From: Octopus sinensis
Taxonomy: Eukaryota
DNA: 64,000 nt
Direction of reading: 5' to 3'
Assembly: GCF_006345805.1 (NCBI RefSeq)
Contig: NC_043011.1
Span: forward strand, 51,286,464 to 51,350,463
Below the pieces are notes generated by a model. That model made no database searches. It was not told where the DNA came from and saw only the letters and a list, made by a program, of their open reading frames with translations. The translations under genes and the position numbers were made by a program. Positions 55,246-64,000 of the stretch are shown piece by piece (within the stretch, counting starts at the first letter, position 1; each line of letters begins with the position of its first letter).

Positions 55246-56806
55246 CAAATGTAAATAATGTAAACATATTCATACTTCAACAGTAAACAAAAACTTACTT
55301 TAAAAAAAAGATACTTTTCTAAGCTCAGCCATCAAAAACACACCCATAGAAGATAGAACCACAAAACAAGATTCATAATTTCCATTTTAACAACAACCTT
55401 GGTCTCTTCCTTCAGTCAGATAGCAGAGAAACTAGAGGGAGATCCCAAAACTTCAAAACTTCAGGATTTGTCAAAATTAGAAGCACACACCTAAATGAAT
55501 TATTGTGTTTTCTAATACTGAATTTAAATTTGCTGAGGTCAACTTTGCCCTACATACTCCAACCAAATATCAATGACCCTGAAAGAAGGCTCCAAAACTA
55601 TGGTCTTCAACTAGCAGAGTGAGAAGAGCAAAATGATATTATTACACTACAAGAGTCAACTGTATTTTGTACCGCATGTTAATGGTTCAGGACAAGGCTA
55701 TCAAATTTAGGGAAGATGGTGGTTAGTCAATACCATGAACACAAACTTGACTGGCACTTTATTTTATTAACCTGGCTGCTGGGATGAAAGACAAAGTTGT
55801 CTTCAATGAGATTTGAATTTAGAATGTAAAAAGCCAGAACAAATACTGCAAAACAGTTTTTTTAAAAAGCTCTAAGAACTCTGCCAGCTTACAACAACAA
55901 CAACAACAGTGGAGGCACAATGGCCCAGTGGTTAGGGCAGCGGACTCACGGTTGTAAGAACGCAGTTTCAATTCCCAGACCGGGCATTGTGAGTGTTTAT
56001 TGAGCAAAAACACCTAAGCTGCACGAGGCTTTGGCAGGGAGGGATGGTGAACCCCGCTGTACTCTTTCACCACAACTCTCTCTCACTCTTTCTTCCTACT
56101 TCTGCCACAAAGCAGAGGAACCATGGTGTAACCCACTATGGTGTGGTAAACTTTCAGACCCTAGTCTAAATTGCAAATCCTCTGTACTCCAGGATGGTTC
56201 AGCTCTTCACCCGTTACAAGCAACCGTTTACAGAATGAGGATAACAACGTAGCTTTTGCGCCTGTGCAACTGCCAATCTATTGTGTGTGGTGGGTGGATC
56301 TTCAAGTTGCTACACACATTTTTAGTAGCTTAGAGTAGGCTCGAATTAGGGATTATTCTTTGTGGTTAATGGCGTGAGTCCTGATTGGAAGAAGAAAACA
56401 ACAACAATAATGATGGTTTCAAATTTTGGTGTAAGGGCCAGCAAGTTTGAAGAATGGAGTAAATAGATTACATCAGATCCAGTGCTCAACTGGTGCTTAT
56501 TTTATCAATCCCGCCCCAAAAGGATGAAAGGCAATTTCAACTTTGGCAGAATTTGAATCCAAGACATAGAGACATACAAAATGCTGATAAACATTTTGAC
56601 CAATGTGCTAATGTTTCTGCCAGCATGCTGCCTTAAAAACAACAACTACTACTGCTGCTGCTGCTGCTGCTACTACTACTGAACAAAATGAGGGTTTAAA
56701 AGCAAACTGTAAGGGGAAAAAAATTAAACCTGGTGATACCTCATGGGACTTCTATTGCGTAAAAAAAAAGGACAAAGAGAAAATATAGTGAAGAAGTCCT
56801 TCTTAC

Positions 56807-57027
56807 CTGATGGATGTGTATTTTTCTCAAAGTGTTGATTTAATATTTCTAATGCTTGTGGTGTGAAAGATGTGCGTCGTTTTCGCTTCTTAGAAGGCTC
56901 ACTGCCAATGAATTCAGTCAGATTTTGCACCCCATTTTTGTAACGTTCCTCAGCCTCTGCCATCCATCGTTCGAGAACCGGTTTAATTTTCTGAGCACTT
57001 TTTGGAGTGATATCCAGCTTTTCAAAC
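56807..57027 (-). CDS. POU6F2: Class VI POU gene exon: end of POU-specific domain, linker, homeodomain helix 1
   Basis: aag|G TTT GAA (phase 2) to TCA G|gtaaga (phase 1). Encodes (R)FEKLDITPKSAQKIKPVLERWMAEAEERYKNGVQNLTEFIGSEPSKKRKRRTSFTPQALEILNQHFEKNTHPS(G), near-identical to vertebrate POU6F2 as I recall it. Confidence 0.95.
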
Positions 57028-57039
57028 CTTGTGTTAGAC

Positions 57040-57790
57040 ATGATATTGGTGGTGGTAGTGATATGGGTGGTAATGGTTGTGGTTGTGTGGTGATGGTTGT
57101 GGTGGTGATGGTTGTGGTAGTGGTGGTAATGGTTGTGGTTGTGTGGTGATGGTTGTGGTGGTGGTGGTGATTGTTGTGGTTTTGTGGTGATGGTGATGGT
57201 TGTGGTGGTGGTGGTGATTGTTGTGGTTTTGTGGTGATGGTGGTGGTTGTGGTGGTGATGGTTGTGGTGGTGATGGTTGTGGAGGTGGTGATGGTTGTGG
57301 TAGTGGTGGTGATGGTTGTGGTGGTGGTGGTGATTGTTGTGGTAGTGGTGGTGATGGTTGTGGTGGTGATTGTTGTGGTAGTGGTGGTGATGGTTGTGGT
57401 GGTGGTGGTGATTATTGTGGTAGTGGTGGTGATGGTTGTGTGGTGGTGGTGGTGGTGGTGGTGGTGGTGGTGGTTGTGGTGGTGATGGTGATGTTGTGGT
57501 GATGGTTGTGGTGGTGGTGGTGGTGGTGGTTGTGGTGGTGGTGGTGATGGTTGTGGTGGTGATGGTTGTGTGGTGATGGTTGTGGTGGTTGTGGTGATGG
57601 TGATGGTTGTGGTAGTGGTGGTGATGGTTGTGGTAGTGGTGGTGATGGTTGTGACATTGATGGTAATGTTAGTAGTGATGGTGGTGATGATGTTATTGGT
57701 GAAATTGGTGTTCGTAGTTTTATATGGTGGTATATGTGATGTTGGTGTGAATAGTGATAGTGTTGATGGTTATAGTGGTGGTGGAGTTAG
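57040..57790. repeat. ~750-bp compound (GGT/GAT/TGT)n array inside the intron, abutting the acceptor
   Basis: Direct reading; almost no C on the plus strand. Confidence 0.95.
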
Positions 57791-58057
57791 TGGTAAGTGA
57801 TATGAAAAGAGAAGAAAAAAGAGAAAAAGAGACATAAGCATTGTCTGCATATTCATTACTGTAACGCAATTAACTTGCATACACACATACACACACACAC
57901 ACACATTACACAAATATGTATAACAAATATTACACTTGCATACACACCACAAACATATACAACTCAAGCTCGTTGTCAACTGTCACACATGCATACACAC
58001 ACATACATAAATATAAAGTGATAGCTCATTAAATCACTATCACATGCATAGACAGAC

Positions 58058-58124
<67 letters not shown>

Positions 58125-58283
58125 AAGAGAGACACACACACAAACCAAGAAGCATAAGTATCACCAAGATGATGATGACGCTAATTATCCCCATCATTAT
58201 CACCAAATGCTTTTATACCCATAATGCTGCAACTTGCATGGGTGGAATAGCAGAATAAAGAGTACTTATGCAAATGCAAATAT

Positions 58284-58314
<31 letters not shown>

Positions 58315-58493
58315 ACATATTCATGAATGCAGGTCTGGCCATGCGGTTAAAAAGTTTGCTTTGCAATCACTAAGTTCTAGGTTTGATCCCACAGCATAAC
58401 AGCCTGAGCATGTGTCTATGGCAATGAGAAGACAAAATAATCAAAACTAGTTTAGTAAATGGAAAATATGCAAGCCTGCCATACATATATGTA

Positions 58494-59485
58494 CAGGGGT
58501 TGGACAAAATAATGGAAACACCAAGCATCACAGCATCATAATTTTGAAATATCTATAAAACTGTCAAAGGCTTGTTTATTTTTATAGTTTTTGATTTATT
58601 ATTAGTGTTGCTTAATATGTTTTGCTAAAATTGCTGTTTCTTTTCAGATATCATCAGAAAGGGGTAATTAAAATTCATTAAACTGACAGATCTATCAGAC
58701 TTTCAAAGAGGTCAAATTGTTGGTGCTCGCATGGCAGGTGCCAGCGTAACAAAAACAGCCAAAATGTATGGTGTATCAAGTAGTACAGCCTTTGAGAAAG
58801 AGGGAGAAACCTCCTCATCAAAACAAAACTCTGGAAGAAAACCAAAGCTTTCAGATAGGGACCTTCAGTCTCTTGCACAAATTGTTAGAAAGGATCACAA
58901 AAGTACAGCTCCCAAAATTACTGCAGAGCTTAATGACCACCTTGAGAACCCAGTTTCCACAAAAACTGTTCACTGGGAGCTGCACAAAGCCAGATTTCAT
59001 GGGAGGGCTGCATTAAGAAAACCACTATTTTCAAAAACAAACGTTGCAAAGCATTTATAGTGGAGTAAAACCTACAGAATTGGTCCCTAGAGCAGTGGAA
59101 GAATGTTATTTTCTCGGACGAGTCATCTTTTACCTTTTTCTGACCACCGGCCAAGTATACGTGTGGAGACAGTCAAAAGAAGCATTTGACCCAGACTGCC
59201 TTCTTCCAACTGTTAAACATGGAGGAGGATCTGGGGGGGGGCTATATCTTGGAAATCTGCCAGCCCAATGGTTTCCTTTCATGGCAGAATTAATAGTCAA
59301 GACTATTTAAGCATTTTATCTGATCAAATTCATCCTATGGTTGTGGAACTATTTCCAGAGGGAAACGCAATCTTTCAGGATGATAATGCACCAATTCATA
59401 CAGCTAAAGTTGTTACTGAATAGCATGAAGAACATTCCAGTGAAGTTGAACATCTTATTTGGCTGCCACAGTCCCCAGATCTCAA
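58494..59485 (+). mobile_element. Tc1-family transposon, decayed and 3'-truncated at a SINE
   Basis: TA|CAGGGGTTGGACAAAATAATGGAAACACC TIR. Peptides GRKPKLSDRD...RKPL, LPTVKHGGGS, IFQDDNAPIHTAKVV and W(L)PQSPDLN; stops at the family-C SINE 59487-59950. Confidence 0.85.
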
Positions 59486-60191
59486 TCATCATCATCATCA
59501 TCATCATTTAACGTCCACTTTCCATGCTAGCATGGGTTGGACAATTTTGACTGAGGGCTAGCGAACCAGATGACTGCACCAGGCTCCAGTCTTGACTTGG
59601 CAGAGTTTCTACAGCTGGATGCCCTTCCTAACACCAACCACTCCGAGAGTGTAGTGGGTGCTTTTTACATGCCACCAGCACAGGGGCCAGTCAGGTGGTA
59701 CTGGCAATGACTTCGCTCAAATCCTTTTATACATGCCACCAGCACAGGTGCCAGAAGGCGACTTTGGTAACGATCACGCTCGAATGGTGCCCTTTTACGT
59801 GCTCACTGGCACGGAAGCCAGTTGGCTGTGCTGGCAACGATCACGCTTGGATGGTGTTCTTGGCACCCTACTAGCATGGGCACAAGTACAAGCTCCCATC
59901 AAACTGTCCCACCCATGTTGGCATGAAAACAGATCTTAAATGATAATGATGTGTAAGCAGCCACAGTCAAATGGTTAAGAAATGTGCTCCACAACCATAA
60001 AGGTATCAGATTCATTCCTATAGATTGAAACCTTAGGCAAGTGTTTTGCACTATAACCTTGAATTATCTCAATTATCAGTGAAATTGGATAGATACAAAC
60101 AGTCTGGAGGCCTAGTGTATGGACTATAGTTTTACATGATGCTAAAAGTGGGGCACCCTCACCCTTGAAACAATTTGACATTTCCACTCAC

Positions 60192-60369
60192 CTGCAAATG
60201 GCTGATTGGCTATAGGCTGGTCCTTCTGTTGCACTTAAAGCTTGTCCGACTTGGGTTTGCGTTAGCCCTAACGATAAGCGCCGGATTTTGAACTGTTTAG
60301 CAAACTCTTTGATCTCATCTAAGTTGATGCCATCTACAGTTGTGCTTTCAGTAGAATTGCTTACAGTAT
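60192..60369 (-). CDS. POU6F2: Class VI POU gene exon: N-terminal part of POU-specific domain
   Basis: ttccag|AT (phase 1) to TGC AG|gtgagt (phase 2). Encodes TVSNSTESTTVDGINLDEIKEFAKQFKIRRLSLGLTQTQVGQALSATEGPAYSQSAIC(R). Missed by the ORF track. Confidence 0.95.
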
Positions 60370-61688
60370 CTGGAACGATAAATTATATAGATATTTATAT
60401 ATCATGAAAATAGTAGTGGTAGTGATAGTAATCATGAAGATGATGGTGGTGATGATGACAATGATGATAATGGCAATGAGAGTGCCAGAGTGATGCTGAT
60501 GATGGTGATAAGAGTGATGATGAGGAGGATGTCAATGATGATGATGATGATAATGTTAGTGATGATGTAGTGTTGTGATGTAGCTGATGATGATGGTAAC
60601 GGTTATGACAATGACGATGACAACGATACTGAAGATAGTAATAAGAGTGGTGATAATACTGATATCAATGATAATGATGATTATAGTGTTGGTAATGACG
60701 TAGTGTTGTGATGTAACTCTTTCTGACGGTGATGGTAACAATTATGATAATGATGATGACAATGATGATGATGAGGGTGGTAGTAGTGGTGATGTGTGTG
60801 GGTATGTACACATGTACACACATACATGTATGTATGTGTATGTATGCATGTGCACAAGTATTTTTTAGACATGTTATATTGAAAATACAACCAAGTTATA
60901 ATTCAAACTATTTTATCAAGGTTTTTACCTCCCGTTTTTGAATGACTTCCTCACAACTCATTTGAACAATAACATTTCTAATCTATCATCAACATTTCTA
61001 GACTTTCACAGCCTCATCTTCAGGAGTTGAAGTGTGAAATGGTTTTTGGCATATGAAATTACCTCTTTTATGACAGGAAAATGTAATTTATGTACACTTT
61101 ATTGCTACACTAACCTACCATAAAAATGAGGTAGTTGCAAATGCCTATATTACATCAAACTCCAAATCCTGAAGATGAGTCTGTGAAAGTCTAGAAACAG
61201 AAATGGATTTAGGGACTTTATAGTTCCAAAAGAACTGCAAAACCTCATACAAAAAGAGTAAATAAATCTTTATGAAAATAGTTTAAAACTTGAACTTAAT
61301 TATGCTTTCAATATATCATCATCATCATCATCATTACCATCATCAATCAGTTTAACATCCAGTTTTCCATGCTTGCAAGGGTCAAATGAAATCTTTTTGA
61401 GTTTCAGAAAGATTCTTTTATCAGTGTTCACAATTATATTATAAAAAAAGCTAATGTGAGACAGTTCCAAATGAAAATGCTGATGGTATAGGTAAAGATG
61501 ATGATGATGATGATGATGGTAATGATGATGGTGGTAATGATATTGGTGGTGGTGATAGTGATGATGAAGATGAGGTTTTGTAGTGATGATGGTAATGGTG
61601 ATGGTGGTGGGATGATGTGTAATAAGTATTATGGAGTAACAAAAACTGCCCCCCCCCAAAAAAAAAACAAAAAAACATTTTCACGTAC

Positions 61689-62712
61689 TGGGTAAAAGTT
61701 GACTGACATTTGGAGGCAGCCCATCTGAGGTAGTTGTGTGGGTAGTGAGGGACTGCGCTGCCACTGTGATGCGAGTGGCTGTTTGCTGCTGTTGCGGCTG
61801 CTGGGAAACCGTCGTCTTGGCAATGGCATGATGCTGGGGGTGACCGACCAAGCTCCCAGCACCAGCAGTAACGAGGTTAGAATGAATGCTGCTGGAGTTG
61901 ATTGCTTGATGTGTACTGTTGTTATTGTTGCTGTTGTTACTGCTGCTGCTGCTGTTGTTGTTGCTGCTGTTGGTGATGATGCTGCTGCTGTTGTTACTGC
62001 TGCTGTTGTTGTTGTTGTTGTTGCTGCTGCTGGTGTTGTTGCTAGCACTGACTCCCGTTGTGGTCGTCCCTGTTGATCCCAGTAAGGGCCCAGTGCTGCT
62101 GCTGTTGTTGCTGCTGCTGTTACCACTGCTGCTGCTGCTGCTGCTGTTTCCTCGTAGAGTGCTGCTGCTGCTGATGTTGCTTGCTGCAACACTGTGCACC
62201 AAGCTGCTACTGATGCCATTGCTTGTGATACTACTACTATTATTGTTATTGTTGTTGCTGTTGTTGTTGTTGTTACTGCTGCTGTTGCTGTTGTTGCTGC
62301 CACCGCCACCACCACCGCTACCACCGCCACCACCACCACCACCACCACCACTGCTACCACCGCCACCGCCGCCGCCGCCACCACCAACGCTGCTGCTATT
62401 GCTACTGTGACCTCCACTGCCGCCACTGCTGCCACCATTGCTACTGCTACTACTGCTGCTGCTGCTGCTTATGATGATGCTGTTATTGCTGCCATTTGTC
62501 GAGCTGTTGCCCACACCATTGCTGCTGCAGTTGCTGCTGCTGCTGCTGCTAGCAGTGGCAGCAGCAACAACAGCAGCAGTACTGTGTGCCTGGTTCTGTT
62601 GGTTGAGATGGTTGCAGCCTCCATTGGTGGTGGCATTGTTCACAGGTTGTTGGCCAGACAAGTTGGAGGTTGTCGAATTCACATGTGGGACAGAAACAGG
62701 TGTTAACACTTG
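61689..62712 (-). CDS. POU6F2: Class VI POU gene: large low-complexity (S/N/G/Q/T-rich) exon
   Basis: Acceptor ttctttctgtatttcag|CAA (phase 0); open for 341 codons plus 1 nt; donor CCC A|gtacgt (phase 1) fits the next exon's phase. There is no recognisable domain, so boundaries rest on splice signals only. Confidence 0.7.
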
Positions 62713-63260
62713 CTGAAATACAGAAAGAATTTGAGAAATAAGCAGAGGAATATGGTGAAAGTACAAGGAGTATAGAGACAAAACAACTGGTAAAGCAGTA
62801 ATGTAAGAATATTGTACTAAATATTCAAGTACCAAGGAACTCCATCTGGTTTGCCCAATGTAAGCTATGGGTGCATAAAAGGTGCAGAAGAAACATATGT
62901 AGGCCAACAGAGAAGATAGACAGTCAATGTGACAGATGCACAAAAGTAGTTGACAGTAAGAAGCCTCAGTGAAAGAAATTGAGCGCTTGGAAGCCCCCGT
63001 AGAAGTAAAGCACAGTAGCCAAAATACAAATGGGGTAGAAGAAAATTTAGGGTGTTATAACCTCTGATGGTAACAAAGGTGTTCTCTTTTCAAGTGAAGA
63101 GTAGACTGTACAAAGTTTGTGTATGAAGTCAATGTTGGCAAGCAAAACTTAGGTATTGAATGAAGAGGATTATGAAGGCCATGTGCATGTGTGTCACCCT
63201 GTGTGCACACACATGCATGTGTGCATACACATATGTGTAAGCATATAGCTATGTGGTGTC

Positions 63261-63303
<43 letters not shown>

Positions 63304-63315
63304 CATCTTCAATGG

Positions 63316-63519
63316 TTCTATATTTAAGAGATGTTACATTATTTACATTAGTTACATTTGATGGATATTTGTCCTCATCTTGTTTGCTGCTAACACATTT
63401 CGGCTGATATACCCTCCAGCCTTCATTAGGTGTCTTGGGGAAATTTCAAATCTGGGTTCTCATTCCTGAGTTATTTTTCAATGTTGTTGTTGCTGTTGTT
63501 ATTGTTATTGTTATTGTTG

Positions 63520-63561
<42 letters not shown>

Positions 63562-64000
63562 TCACTGCCTGGAATCAAATTTGGAATCTTGGGGTTAGTA
63601 GCCCGCACACTTAACCACTATGCCATATGCTTGCGGGCAATTATGGAGTGAATTTTAGGGCTTGTAAATCTAATATTTTCTTATCCTTCCTTAATACTGG
63701 TTCCCATATTCTATTCATATCTGCATTCGGTCTGCTTAGGAGGTTGTTGTGTCCTAGCATATGTGCTGCTTCTTTTAGTTTTCGTATTTTCCAGTGGTGT
63801 TCTCTGTCTATTATTTTAACTTCATCCCACAAGGTGAGGTGGTCTCCATTTTTCCATACATGATCAGCTATACCTGATTTATTAATATCTCCTCGTGTCA
63901 CAGCTTTGCGATGTTCATCTACCCTTATTTTGAGGGGGGGGGGCGACATGTTTCGCCTTTGTATAACCTACCACAGCTGCATGGGATGGAGTACACATAG
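63316..64000 (-). mobile_element. Penelope-like element 3' end: GIY-YIG endonuclease plus pLTR (runs off window end)
   Basis: Minus: YVYSIPCSCGRLYKGETCRP (frameshift in poly-C) LKIRVDEHRKAV...SGIADHVWK...WDEVKIIDRE...RKLKEAAHM, stop at 63641. Then a tRNA-like segment (63557-63630), (AAY)n and a decayed HHR (63392-63434). Confidence 0.85.

Noticed and set aside
57028-57668. Open His/Thr-rich frame continuous with the POU exon, including the Met at 57041
   Set aside because: No upstream AG exists to splice into it, and a stop precedes it at 57671; it is intronic repeat.
60186-60191. Vertebrate POU6F2-style in-frame insert in the POU-specific domain via exon extension
   Set aside because: Reading past the donor gives AGG TGA, an immediate stop.
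61629-62716. Alternative-frame and plus-strand ORFs overlapping the low-complexity exon (269, 170, 163 aa and others)
   Set aside because: Stop-free only because of trinucleotide repeats; only the 61681-62943 frame has phase-compatible splice sites.
62713-62943. ORF-track N-terminus MCICHIDC... as the protein start
   Set aside because: It lies upstream of a good acceptor at 62713 and is probably intron.

Overview
AT-rich, microsatellite- and SINE-dense eukaryotic DNA. The repeat families and (TA)n/(CATA)n/(AAT)n load look like an octopod cephalopod genome, which is an inference. The only host gene I can support is the 3' part of a class VI POU homeobox gene (POU6F1/F2-, pdm3-like) on the minus strand. 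It has four in-phase coding exons: 62712-61689, 60369-60192, 57027-56807 and 48005-47881 (stop); its 5' exons were not found and probably lie beyond 64000. Almost all other ORFs in the track are microsatellite artefacts or decayed transposons: two mariner-type elements, a Tc1, an RLE-type LINE, RTE and CR1 LINEs, a Penelope-like GIY-YIG element, hAT and piggyBac MITEs, and three SINE families. The most unusual signal, invisible to the ORF track, is a set of type I hammerhead-ribozyme (HHR) motifs from several unrelated sequence families. They are: an intact HHR capping a ~130-nt rod hairpin (36867-36996); an intact HHR with a large structured loop II, present twice 1119 nt apart and sense to and downstream of the POU gene; a perfect 83-bp palindrome carrying a core-variant HHR on both strands; a tRNA-like Pol III head plus minimal HHR cassette tied to a Penelope-like ORF; and several decayed copies. 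A second oddity is an ~815-nt AG-free zone in front of a POU-domain exon, suggesting a distant branch point. All folds and alignments were done by eye; ribozyme activity is untested.
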